A stretch of 63,301 nucleotides of DNA, the filler included, from Chiloscyllium plagiosum (taxonomy: Eukaryota): assembly GCF_004010195.1 (NCBI RefSeq). It is 4 parts of one record of this genome, joined end to end, with 100 filler letters (N's around TTAATTAATTAA, not from the genome) between each part and the next. Parts side by side here need not be neighbours in the genome. Positions count along the whole stretch, not along the records: positions 30,399 to 55,329 come from NC_057711.1; positions 55,430 to 59,379 come from NC_057711.1; positions 59,480 to 63,301 come from NC_057711.1; 1 more part is not named here. One strand, given 5' to 3'. Under the pieces are notes generated by a model. It did not search any database. It saw nothing but the letters and a program-made list of their open reading frames with translations, and was not told where the DNA came from. Shown in pieces: positions 49,211 to 61,481 of this stretch. Both the position numbers and the translations under genes were made by a program. Position 1 is the stretch's first letter. Every line of letters begins with the position of its first letter.

Positions 49211-51242
49211 TTGGTATATAAGTCAGGTGCGTTTTTTAACATAAAACAATGGATATTGGCAATTGGTTGTTGAACATTATTGATAGCTTATTTATTTTTA
49301 ATCAGGTCACAGCTTTGTATTAAAAAGACTTTCTTGTTACATCTGAAAATGTATAATGAGACCTTTTATTAAAAGTTCTAGCAAATTTCCCCATGTGTTT
49401 TAAAGAAGGACATTCTTTCTACCAGTTATATTTGGCTGAAAAGACACACTTTCATAGAATGAAACTTAAGACATGAATCACATCTTAATTCATTAAGACC
49501 TCAAAATATTCTTTACAGCAGAGTCATAAATATAACCTCCAAATCTGAGTTATTCAATGTATTACATTCAAACATAATACTATTGACAGGTAAAGAACAT
49601 CTGGCCTAAGCAACCTGTAATTATGATACTTATGTATCTCCGAATATACCATCTCAATCAGAAATTTAAAGATCTCTATCAACAGTTTCAATGATTAGTT
49701 TAAATCAATACCTTGAAATTATTTAACAAATAAGTGAATATGGCCACGTAGAATAATGAACAATATAGTTGCGCCTTTTCTTTATTGACCATTTGATAAT
49801 ATCCTGCAATTCAACAGAATGTCCTGTGCAGGATGCACCTTAAAGTGCTTTATATTGAGGTGTACAAAGTGCTTCCCTCTCCTCTCAGCCTTTCTTCTCC
49901 AATTGTTCCATTTCACTATTCATTTCCTTCCCCTTTCATCACCTACAGTCTCTCTCTTCTGCTTCACCCTCCAAACTTCCTGGATCCCCTTCCTTTGTTT
50001 GCCTATTTTACTGTCCTCCTTCCATCTTTCCCTTTAAGCTCTTATCTCCCACATTCTTCCCATTACCTCCATACTTCTCATTTCTCTACTCCCCTTCTTT
50101 TTTCCTTTCTGTGCTGTTACTTCCTCCCTCTCTATTACTCCATTGCATAACTATTCTCCTTCTGGTACAATATCTTGCCCACAAATTTTGAATATTATTC
50201 ATGCCTATATAAAACACTGTACAGTGATTCAGAAAATTGAATAACAGTGTCAAAATCAGCCATTCACTGATTTCTTTCATGATCCCATGTTAGAAATGAA
50301 AAGAATGTCTACATGTTTTGGATCATTAAAATGCATGAATTATTCCACTAGTTCCAGCTGACCAATTTAAGGTTTTGCCCCTTTCACTTAAAAGCATGTG
50401 TTTCATAAATCATGTCACTTTTTCATAGTGTCTTTGTTTAATTATGGCTAAACTTTCAATTAAATAATCCTTCAAATTCTACTCTCGGAATGATCTTTCT
50501 TCCCCCGGGGCTTACATGCTGCGATAGCATCGTTGTATTTCACTTTATTTTGAGGAGTCATAAAACAGCATTGACAGCATCCAGGAAGAGATATATGCAC
50601 CGGCTGAACTGTACTGACATCTCAATTGAGTAGCATTCATCAGGCAAATGTGGCAGGAAAAGAAAAAAATATAGGGGAGAAACTTCTCAGCTGATATGAA
50701 AGTATTTTCCTCTGTTGATGTCTAAGTCTACTACTGTGCTTCCTGCCTTGATGATTGCATTCTTCCTTGCTTCTAAGTCTTGTCCTGACCTTTGACGTTT
50801 TGATTGATAGGATCAAGACCTCTAGTACCATTTGTCAATGCAATGACTTAAACATTTAAAACCACAATCAATTATTGCTGACACATTTTTGATGGAACAG
50901 GTAGCATTGAGTAGTATCTTGAATCTGGCACATTTCTGGTTGTTGCTATTCATGTGGATTCCTCAATTATTCCCTTGTTTTCACAACGTAATAAAAATAC
51001 CCTATATATGATCTTCTGTGCACATGACAAGAAAATATTTTCTTGGTCAGGTAAATCTTGCACTATTATTAATATATATTTGTCTTGATACTTCATGATG
51101 GAAAATGTCTGTCTGTGCATTGCAAACAAAAGGATGTCCCAAAACAGATGAAACAGTAACAATTTAATATTTCATCTTAAAGTCAGTGGTGAGGCCTCAC
51201 TAGAGAAGCACACAAGAAATTAAACCTGACTAATCTTGGAGT

Positions 51243-52253
51243 TGTCACAAAAGGTAATGATTTTAAAAAGTATGAAGAATTCCCAAGGTCTTTTAGACCC
51301 AGATTAACTGAAATCACAGGCCAATTTTCTGTATTTAACAAGAACTGCTATTTATTATAATACGTAGATTCTTGGTACAGGTAGATACCATCGGCATGCA
51401 AGTCTACTAGTTAAAAGTCTAACCCCCTTGTAAACTCCCTCTCCCTTGTAAACGCACTGACAGACAAAGACAATAAAAAAGCCTTGCTGTGATGGACAGA
51501 GAGAAAGACTTGAAAGACAGTTTGGTGGTCATTGCAGCTTTAAAATTAATTAAAGTTAAAATAAAATTGTCAGGATGTGCTGCTTCTTGATTTTCCTCCA
51601 GATACTTTTAGTTGTTTGCAAAAGGCAAAGATGGCTCATTCAGACTTGTAAGGTCTTTAACTCAAAACAAAGAACGGTGGATGCTGGAAATCTGAGACCA
51701 GAACAGATATTGTTGGAGAAACTGAGCAGGTCTGGCAGCATCTATGGAGAAGAAAACAGAGTCGATATTTTGAAACCCATGACCCTTCAATAAATCCATT
51801 GACTCCAGTGGACTCAAAGGCTTAACTCTGTTTTCCCTCTGCAGATGTTGCCAGGCCTGCTGGGTTTCTCCAGCACTTTCTGTTTTTGTTAAAGTCTCTG
51901 ACTTACTGGGTAAGTTTCACAACTTACAGCAAGTGCTGAGAGAAAAATAAACTGACTATCTACAGGCTTGAGCTACTTTTAATGCAGAGCAGGTCCTTCT
52001 CTTCCAGGGGTCTGAAGATCTTTCCCAAACGTTCTCACCCCCAAGCTGTTCAGCTACCTGTAAACCCATCACTTAATTGTTGGCAGGCAGGAGGCCTTTG
52101 TCATAGAAAACTAATCAGACTTTGTGCTGAAAATATTTATAGCCATGCTGTATTGGTCTCCCGTGGACAGGAATTTGCCATACAATACCCCAAGAAAAAT
52201 GGTATTGCTTGTTCACGACCTAAGGTAGTTATCAAACAAAGGTATCCATGAAA
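51243..52253 (-). mobile_element. Possible old solo LTR
   Basis: Starts tgtcac; minus-strand AATAAA at 51351-51356; right end uncertain; no TSD found. Confidence 0.3.
51663..51889. mobile_element. Old inverted-repeat PLE-terminus insertion
   Basis: ggagaaactgagcaggtctggcagcatcta...aaaacagagt versus actctgtttt...cagatgttgccaggcctgctgggtttctcc; imperfect TSD taaggtctttaact / taaagtctctgact. Confidence 0.7.
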
Positions 52254-53510
52254 TTGAATCTCAAGGAAGGAAAGAACCAAAAACACGGTTGTTGATTGTA
52301 CCAAGACTTGTCGGTGGAATTGTTTAGTGAGAAGAGTAAATGGAAAGTTAAGAGTTTGTTGTAATGGAAGTAGAAAGTAATATTGCGGGGCCTAAAGCTG
52401 ATTGATGAAGATACTGATGAAAGGATGTAAATTGGCAAGAAAACTGGCAGATGAGGGTGAATGACTGCCGCCAGGAGCTGTCAGGAGGAAGGAATAAATG
52501 AATAGCTGTATTTTCGATTGCTATACGATTCAAGTAATTGAATTGTGCAAATGTTCACTTCTCTGTGTACCCACATAAACTACTGCCCTGCCTCCATCAG
52601 CACGAAAATGTCCCTCTGAGCTAGTGACAAATCTGAAATATAACAACAGTATAATGAAATCACAGGACCTTGTTGAGCTGAGTTATAACATTGGCACATC
52701 AGCCACTACAGTTCCCTGGCATCGCGGCTTCTGCAGAGTTTGTCAACATGTTGTAGATTAGATGATGCATTATAATGCTGCAGACAATACTTAAAATGAA
52801 GACTTCCCAAAATCTCTATTTTATATCTTGCTTTTTAAAAGTCAATCAATTAAGTCAAAAGCAAGTTCAATTCTGCTGTAATCATAGATTGTTTCGGTGT
52901 TTCCTTTAATCTAAACAACCAGATTGTGACTGATAGTTTCTTCCTTACAACCAGCAGGGAAATTTAGTTTAATATATGTCCATGCTCCACAGCAAACAAG
53001 GGGGAATGTCCTCAGCATTAACTAACATGATGTAAATATAATCTATTTTACAATTGAAGGCAAGAAGTAACTGCTGTAGCAATGAATTACTAACCTTAGG
53101 GAAATAGAAATGACAGTGTTGTCTCTAACACTCAGCTCCTTGGGTATACAGGACATTAACTGGAAATCTGAAATCAGCATTTGTTCAATGGGTTTAAGCT
53201 TATTTTAAAAACAAGAATCCATATTTCTGTAAAATATATTTTGGGCTGTGCAGGCTGTTTTATTGACTAGATCGGAAAGTTATGCCCCTTTGGCAAATTA
53301 GGGAAACCTGCAATGATTTCTCATAATTGGATTTGGCTACAGCAATGCCACATTGTCACTCTGCCAGTTACATTCTAACATATAGCCCATGAATAGTATT
53401 AGCCAGTAAAGGCAATGTCTTGAATTTCAGGATTACAAATCTGAAAACAACGTAAACCATGAACAATGGTTTAACATGATTTATTGTTGTTTTATTTCTT
53501 TTCAAATGTG

Positions 53511-54456
53511 GGGTAGGATCTTATCAGGGTCCAAGGGACATGGGCTGGCCTGAGATTTGTGGCAGAATTAAACAAGCAATCCAGTGAGGCCCATTTCTAT
53601 GTTAGGAGTATCTTACTCCATCTTTTATGCTTTCCATAAAAAGCTGCCAAGATTTTCACTAAGCAGGTGGCATGCTGCCAATTGACTGTGATTATGTCTT
53701 GTTTAACCTTCTCTGATGGCCCAGCTTGCCTCATTAGTATACAGCTTTCTATCTCACCAAACCTACCAAAAAAGCTAGATAGCAAGAAATCTTGACATGG
53801 AAGCCAGAGCTGATACCTAGTGAATTCAATTCGCCGCTTGCTCTGATTGACATCCATGTTGGACACTTAGCACCAGCAAATCAGAGCATGGGCACTGGTC
53901 ACACAAACTCACATCGACAAATGTTGGCACTTGACGTACCTTACCTTCCAAGAACGCTCACGGCACATCTCCAGCCTACTTACAAGACACTTCTGAACAT
54001 CAATACTGCATGCCATGCTGCACTGGCAATTATCATTGAGGTGTTGCAGCAAGGACACTGTGCACTCAGGGGCATGCACCAGGCTCATAAACTGGACCAG
54101 GCTGTACCTCCAGGCTTATCACTTGCTACCATAGCATGCATGCACTCTGAGCCTAACTGGATGGTCACAACATCCCTTTCATGCATTGTCTCACCTCATC
54201 CTTTGCTCTTCACCTCTCAGCCAGAGATTCCAAACTTATATAACTTTTTCTCATATTGCCAGTTAGCACTGACACAAATTAAGAAATCTTCTCATGATTG
54301 TCAATAGTCTTCAGTCAAGTCTACGGTCGGGGGGGTCCCTAAGCAATAAGTTAAGGACAGCTTCTGATACCAGTCCAGGGGTTTGGATGGGGCAGGTAGT
54401 TGATGAGGTGAGTTTAGTTAGTTCTTAGCAAAAAGCGCATGGAGAAAATTCCTCCA
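53511..54456. mobile_element. Possible non-autonomous Harbinger-like element
   Basis: Ends gggtaggatctt...aaaattcctcca resemble the TIRs at 47384/49210; no recognisable protein. Confidence 0.3.
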
Positions 54457-54589
54457 TAATCTTCAATGCAATTTGAACTTAGCCAAAAAAACATAAGATT
54501 CAACATACGGACACTGTGTGAATTATGAAGTTTTGCTCCGGATATCTAAAAAAGCAGTTTATATACAAGATCAGGTAGCTTATTTCTAA

Positions 54590-54760
54590 AATAAATTCTG
54601 GAAAGAAGACAAACAACATCAGTGGAGACAGAATCAGAGTCAACCTCTGGGTTTGTTACCTTTCATCAGAACTGGGAAAGTTAAAGATTACCAGCATGGA
54701 TGGGTAGGTCAAGGACAAAAAGGACAGTGATTGGGTGGAAGAACAGAAAGGTTGAATTTC
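54590..54760 (-). mobile_element. Degenerate PLE terminus
   Basis: Reverse gttCTGATGAaaggtaacaaacccagaggttgactctg...tctccac. Confidence 0.45.
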
Positions 54761-54809
54761 AGAAACATTTTTGCTCAAAGTTCTTGCTACAAGCATCCAC
54801 ATGACTCTA

Positions 54810-55329
54810 AGCTATGCCTGGCCTTCAATTCCATCTCAAACATCAAAAACTGTAAGTACAACAAACTTTTATCTACCCACCTCCATAACCAGCGCTCCTC
54901 GAACATTCCAGAAGATTCCCCTGGCCTCGGAAACGCCATTAGCCATGCGGCTGATGCAGCTACCACCCCCACGCTGATTGATGATGTCACTTCTGCCCCC
55001 ATCATGGCCACTCCCACAGCCACTTCCGGCCCTCACATCATTGCCGATGCCACAAGCTCAGTGACTTCCGCCACCCCTACTGCCGTGTCTACCACCACTT
55101 CCGACCCCACCAGCGTCACTCACCTGCATTCTGCTGACACGCCCCCCACAGACCCCACTGTCACTATCCCCACCCCCCAGAACCCCGAGGGGAACACTAC
55201 CCCTACTCATAACTCTACCCCCATTCCCCCCACCATCACACCCACTCCAGGTACTGGCTCCGACCCCACTCCCAGCTCTACACCCACACCAGCTCCCAGC
55301 TCCCAGCCCTGCCGAGTTTTCACCATCCC
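54810..55329 (+). mobile_element. Probable N-terminal region of a Neptune-type PLE ORF with Thr/Pro/Ser-rich segment
   Basis: Open frame FNSISNIKNCKYNKLL...T/P/S-rich...SQPCRVFTIP into a gap; I recall PCRVFTIP-like motifs just upstream of PLE RTs (not verified). Confidence 0.6.
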
Positions 55330-55429
55330 NNNNNNNNNNNNNNNNNNNNNNNNNNNNNNNNNNNNNNNNNNNNTTAATTAATTAANNNNNNNNNNNNNNN
55401 NNNNNNNNNNNNNNNNNNNNNNNNNNNNN

Positions 55430-56088
55430 TTTTGTGTTTTAAACAGCAGTCACAGCTTTAAACCCACAAAAACTCAGCAGCTGCCGGTCTGCCCACGTGA
55501 CTGGGAGATAGGAGACAGAGGACAGATCGAATCCACACTAGACCAACATTACCCATGACTCATGGGCCAAAACTCCAGAATTAGTTAAATATGGAAACCC
55601 ATCTCCTAATCACATCAAGAGAATGACTGAAACACACCAATACCCATCGATACGGAGCCATTCTGATACAAAGGACAGGCATCCACCAGACAGGTACGGA
55701 CAGACCAATACACACCAACACCCCAAGGGAACAAAGGGGGGTGCTAGCCCCTGCCCTCACAGAGAGAGACAAGCAGATAATACCCAGACCCGTTTACATA
55801 CAACAATTAGCACCCTATTGTGCGTGCCCTGCAACTCTCCTGGGACGGCAGGAAACAGCCTATTCGCACCTATGCCAGTGATGATGGGGAACTATCATCC
55901 CATTCATCCTCAAATCCCACACATTCTGACAACTAAAAGTATATAATATGAAGCTGCGCGCGGGAACAGCAGAGCAGCCGAGATTCGGACCTCGTTTGGT
56001 CTCCGCCGGCGTTACTGCAGTAATAAACATTACCGATTGTTGAACCGCACTCTGGGCTCGGACTGATACCATTTCATCCGCGCTAACA
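55430..56088 (+). mobile_element. LTR (ERV or Gypsy), CpG-rich, 5' end lost in gap
   Basis: TATATAA at 55940, AATAAA at 56022, ends cgcgctaACA exactly where a truncated PLE hairpin arm begins. Confidence 0.65.
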
Positions 56089-56250
56089 GAAGCACACTAG
56101 CTTTCAGAGTTCTGCTCCTTCATCAGGTGATTATGTGGAACAGCGCTCCAAAAGCTAGTGTGCTTCCAATTAAACCTGTTGGACTATAACCTGGTGTTGT
56201 GTGATTTTTAACTTTGTACACCCCAGTCCAACACCGGCATCTCCAAATCA
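56089..56250. mobile_element. Inverted-repeat PLE terminus, same family as 10436-10641, left arm truncated
   Basis: 56145-56250 is the reverse complement of ~10437-10541; minus-strand hammerhead CTGATGA A GGAG CAGAA CTCT GAAA GC TA at 56098-56126. Confidence 0.85.
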
Positions 56251-56885
56251 GTGACATGTGGACCTCTCCCTATGGGATAAACCAGCCAAGCAGCTCCTGA
56301 TAAAGGTATTGGAGGCATTGCAATTTGATTTTTCCTTCGTTAAAATTCAATTAATTATCATTGTATTTAAGGAGCTAGATTTAAATGTTTGCTTTCAGTA
56401 TGAGATCTACAATTAGATACTTTCCTACGTGTTTTTTAAGAACTCCTGCTCCAGTTATCCTCCCATCGTGAGCCATGTGACATTTTAGTTTGTTAAACCA
56501 CTTCTATTAGAATATGCTTCAGCAATTGATACAATGCTCTAAATTTATCATGTTACAAAATTCAGAGAACCAGTAATGCTTCACTTATTTTTGAGGCATG
56601 CAACTTTGGTGTCATTTAAAGGAATTAAACTGCAATTTTTGTGATTTTCTTCAGTTTTTGTTAAGAGTCTGAATTAATCAGTCATTGCAGTAATGCAAAT
56701 TGCTGGTAGAATATTATTTTATGTTTAAAACCAATTAAATATTAGTATATTCTCTTTTGCAAATTAAGTCATACAGAGAGACCTAGCAGTTCAGATATAT
56801 AGTTCTTAGAAATTTGTGTCACATGTAGACAGGGTGGTTAAGAAGGCATTTAGCATGGTTGCCTTCATTGCTCAGATCTTTGAGT

Positions 56886-57948
56886 ATTAGAATTAGAATT
56901 AAGTTTTCTGTCACACGCACTCCAGATAAAAAAGAACAGGAGTACTGTGAAAACTGTACAATGTTGCCAGCACACCACACCATCTATGATACAAATCTTT
57001 GATACAAAAAAAGAGAAAATAAAGAAAAAAAGTGATACTTCATATACAGTGTCTGTAATTAGTGTAAGCATAAGTTCAGAAAATAAGAAATTCAGGTAAA
57101 AAGATAGACATTAAAGTCTTTCTATAAAGAGTTTCATTTGGTCTGACCCGGCAGAACAGATTCCCAACCAGTAGTCATCTTCTCTCCAGACTCTCAGTCC
57201 GTCCCCACTCAGCTCCAGACCCACTGGCCCTCCCTGCACCGATCCAAACCCACTGGCCCTCCCTGCACCGCTCCAAACCCACTGACCCTCCCTGCACTGC
57301 TCCAGACCCACTGAACTCGCCCTCCCTGCAACGCTCCAGACCCACTGGTCCTCCCTGCACCGCTCCAGACCCACTGGTCCTCCCTGCACTGCTCCAGACC
57401 CACTGGTCCTCCCTGCACCATTCCAGACCCTCTGGTCCTCCCTGCACTGCTCCAGACTCACTCGCCCTCCCTGCAACGCTCCAGACCCACTGGTCCTTCC
57501 TGCACCATTCCAGACCCTCTGGTCCTCCCTGCACTGCTCCAGACTCACTCGCCCTCCCTGCAACGCTCCAGACCCACTGGTCCTTCCTGCACCATTCCAG
57601 ACCCTCTGGTCCTCCCTGCACTGCTCCAGACTCACTCGCCCTCCCTGCAACGCTCCAGACCCACTGGTCCTTCCTGCAACGCTCCAGACCCACTGGTCCT
57701 CCCTGCACTGCTCCAGACTCACTCGCCCTCCCTGCAACGCTCCAGACCCACTGGTCCTCCCTGCACTGCTCCAGACTCACTCGCCCTCCCTGCAACGCTC
57801 CAGACCCACTGGTCCTCCCTGCACCATTCCAGACCCTCTGGTCCTCCCTGCACTGCTCCAGACCCACTGACTCTCCCTGCACCATTCCAAACCCACTGTC
57901 TGTCCTGTACCATTCCAAACCCACTGACCCTCCCTGCACCATTCCAAA
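56886..57948 (-). mobile_element. Non-autonomous element related to 32373-32980, carrying a minisatellite
   Basis: Reverse end ttttcacagtactcctg...gtgcgtgtgacagaaaacttaattctaattctaat resembles the 32.9-kb 3' end. Confidence 0.45.
57191..57948. repeat. 29-bp minisatellite (~26 units) with 87-bp higher-order repeat
   Basis: Unit cccactggtcctccctgcactgctccaga; three variant monomers recur in fixed order in the centre. Confidence 0.95.
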
Positions 57949-58383
57949 TGGAAGGTTTGAGGTAAAAAGGTAGGGCTGGATAGGTTCAAACCTTTTTTCA
58001 CTGGTTGAGGGATGACCTTACAAAGGTTTATAAATTTATGAAGGGCATAGTTACTGTGAATAGCAAGAGTCTCTTCCCTAGATTGGGGGAATTCAAAACT
58101 AGAGGGCATATTTTTCATGCGAGAGGAGAAAGATTTATATAGGACATGAGGGGGCAACTTTTTTTTACACAGAGAGTGGTCCATGTGTGGAATGAACTAC
58201 CAGAGGAAGTAGTGGATGCATATGCCATTACAATATTTGAAACACATTTGGATAAATACATGAATGGAAAGGTTTGGAGAGAAACGGGCCAAACACAGAC
58301 AAGTGGGACTTGTTTGGTTTGGGAACATGTCGGTGTGGACTAGTAGGACTGAAGGGTCTATTTTCATGCTGTGTGACTCTATA

Positions 58384-58555
58384 CAGAGGAACCTTGATTA
58401 TCCAGCATTCGATTATCCAAATATGGGAGTATCTGGCAAGATCGCAAGGTCCCAATGCTTGGCTAATCTGTTATCTAGCATTTCATGATCAGGAAGTCGA
58501 TTAACTAAATGACATACTGTCTGCCCGTGTCCTTCTGATAATCAAGTTTCCTCTG
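58384..58555. mobile_element. Tc1/mariner (pogo/Tigger-like) MITE with TA TSD
   Basis: TA|cagaggaaccttgattatc...gataatcaagtttcctctg|TA. Confidence 0.85.
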
Positions 58556-59119
58556 TATACCCAATTATATGTTTTTCTAAACTCACCGCATCAATAAACT
58601 ATGTCTGGCACTTCTAAATTAAATATAGATGTTGATATTAATCATAGGCTGGATTATACACTCCTACGCACATGGCTTTTGAAAGGCAGCTCATGAGTAT
58701 GCTTAATATTTAATAAGAAAAGACTGAGCAGCTGCAAAATGTGAAAAAGTATAGGAATGTTCAATGTGGCAAGATTAATTTTCAGGACTAATAAGTGCAT
58801 CATAAAAGTGTCCTGGTCCCTGAAGAAAGTAAAAGAGTTTATGTTTCTGCAGAATATTAACTTGATTACCTAACTAGTACCTAATAATAACTTGTAACTT
58901 GAAGTATTGCTATTATCCAGGAAACTGCATCTTATTAAAATAAGTGCTTCTTCTTTTTTGAAACTCACTAGTTGTTCATCCACTACAACTGTTAATGAAA
59001 CAGATCAAGTAAAAGAAGAAGGATTGGTGGCAGCAACCTGCTTCAATCATTAGCTGGTAGTGGTTGGTTCCTCAGCACATAAAACAAACTCAAGGATAAT
59101 AGGTCGCAAGAGCCTCAGA

Positions 59120-60020
59120 TAGAACATAGAACATGGAAGAATACAGCGCAGTGCAGGCCCTTCGGCCCTCGATGTTGCGCCGATCCAAGCCCACCTAACC
59201 TACACTAGCCCACTATCCTCCATATGCCTATCCAATGCCCGTTTAAATGCCCATAAAGAGGGAGAGTCCACCACTGCTACTGGCAGGGCATTCCATGAAC
59301 TCACGACTCGCTGAGTAAAGAATCTACCCCTAACACCTGTCCTATACCTACCACCCCTTAATTCAAAGCTATGCCCCCTNNNNNNNNNNNNNNNNNNNNN
59401 NNNNNNNNNNNNNNNNNNNNNNNTTAATTAATTAANNNNNNNNNNNNNNNNNNNNNNNNNNNNNNNNNNNNNNNNNNNNCTCATTTTTTCTCTGCGTATT
59501 TCCTTCTTAGTAATCCTCTGTTGTTCTTTTAAAGCTTCCCAGTCCTCCGTTTTCCCACTTATCTTTGCAATGTTATACTTTTTTCTCTTTTAACTTTATA
59601 TGTTTCTTAACTTCCCTCGTCAGCCACGGCCACCCATGCCTCCTCCTAGGATCTTAACTGATCCTGCAACTTCTGCATTATACACAGAAATATCCGCCAT
59701 TGTTCCTCCACTGTCATCCCTGCTAAGGTATTGCACCATTGTACTTTGGCCAGCTCCTCCCTCATAGCTCCATAGTTCCCTTTATTCAACAGAAATATTG
59801 TCACTTCCGATTGTACCCTCTCCCTCTCAAATTGCAGGTTGAAGCTTATTGTATTATGGTCACTACTTCCAATGGCTCCTTCACTTCGAGGTCCCTGATC
59901 AATTCTGGTTCGTTGCACAATATATGATCCAGAATTGCCTTCTCCCTGGTAGACTCCAGCACCAGCTGTTCTAAGAATCCATCTCGGAGGCACTCCGCAA
60001 AGTCTCTTTCTTGAGGTCCA
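59120..60020 (-). mobile_element. CR1 LINE pieces either side of an assembly join (3' end 59120-59379; endonuclease 59480-60020)
   Basis: Tail tagaacatagaacat...gcaggcccttcggccctcgatg; FAECLRDGFLEQLVLESTREKAILD, GSSDHNTISF. Confidence 0.85.
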
Positions 60021-60835
60021 ATATCCTCTTCACTGTCAACGACCAATCTTTGTCTCATCTGCAAATTTACTCATTAGCCTCACCTACATGTTTGTCGATA
60101 TCATTTATAGATCTCATGAACAATGAGCAACCCAGCATTGATCCCTGTGGTACAGCACTGGACACCAGCCTCCAGTCACACAAACAGCCTTTTACCACCA
60201 ACTTTTGTCCCCTAATCACTAAGAAAATTTTGGATCCAACTTGTCACGTTACCCTGAATCACATGTACTTTTACATTTTTTTAAAAATCAGTTTTCCATG
60301 TTGGACCTTGCCAAAGGCTTTGCTGAAGTCCATATAAAACTACACCAATTGCCCTCATCTACACATCTAGTCATCTCCTTGAGAATTCAATCAAATTTGT
60401 TAGACATAACCTCCTTTTGACAAAGCTACGCTGACTATCCTTGATCAAATCTGGTCTCTCCAAGTGCAGATTAATTCTCTCCTGCTAATCAAATTTGTAG
60501 ACATAACCTCCTTTTGACAAAGCTACGCTGACTATCCTTGATCAAATCTGGTCTCTCCAAGTGCAGATTAATTCTCTCCTGCTAAATTTTTTCAATAGTT
60601 TCCCTATGACTAAGGAAGAGTCATTGGTCTGTAATTCTCTGATCTATCCCTACCACCCTTCTTGAGAAATGGAACCACATTAATGCCCTTCAGTCCTCGG
60701 GCACCTCCCCTGTTGCCAAACAGGAAATAAAACTTTGGTTCAGAGCCCTTGTAATTTCCTTCCACATGTCCCACAGCAGTCTGTGATAGAACTCATTCAG
60801 ACCTGCCTTCCCTGAAGGCAGAAGTGAGTTTAAGT
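60020..60835 (-). mobile_element. CR1 RT fragment with internal tandem duplication
   Basis: SCLATGEVPED, YMDFSKAFGKVQHGKL, SAVPQGSMLG remnants. Confidence 0.8.
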
Positions 60836-61481
60836 TGCTCATATCCTGGACCTCTGACTGCCTCAAGTGCCCAGCTGACCATGTCCAAACTGGTATCTGA
60901 TGATGCCCTTGACTTATTATACCAGTATGCCTTCCTGAAGGCAACACCCTTGACTTGGCTAAAGACTACTCCCCTTTGACCTTCACACTCAGTCATTTAG
61001 ATGACACTCATGTCAATACGTTGCCATGCAATCTCCTGGCATATGCTGCAAATATGACACTGACATTGCATAGTGGCATAAAGCAACATGTCCACTTTCT
61101 TGACTAATCCCTGTTGGCAAACATGACCAGTTGCCTGGCAATGTGTCTGTGCTGGAAGCCAAAGCAAACCAGAAGTACTTAATGCTTATAACTTTCAAAT
61201 GACATTTCCTTGCCCTTTTGCACATTGCAATGAGGGGTTGTTGTGAACATTCAAGTAGGCACAAAATCAGTGAGCACTAAGAGAGCAAACAAAGCATCTC
61301 ACAATGCACCCTGCTCCAATCCATGAGCTGGGTGCCTATCCCTGTGGACAAAGTGGCCTAGCAGTAGTATTACAACGTAAGGAATCAATTTGGTGTAGCA
61401 TTTAAGTTGAGAACTGTACACCGCATGAGTTGAAGATATGCTGTAGTGATTTGGTAAGACTGGTGTCTGTCCACTGTCAAA

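Larger units (their letters stand above)
56775..58381 (+). mobile_element. CR1 3' fragment (56775-56889 and 57949-58381) split by an insertion
   Basis: VDRVVKKAFSMVAFIAQ; FFTQRVVHVWNELPEEVVDA. Confidence 0.85.

Noticed and set aside
49870..50150. Long pyrimidine-rich tract and its Leu/Ser/Phe/Pro ORFs
   Set aside because: Low-complexity sequence with no clear mirror symmetry or coding signal
53792..54307. 171-aa ORF
   Set aside because: Non-ATG start, no recognisable domain, lies in a probable decayed transposon
57111..57942. 208- and 255-aa repeat proteins
   Set aside because: Translations of the 29-bp minisatellite; no evidence of a gene
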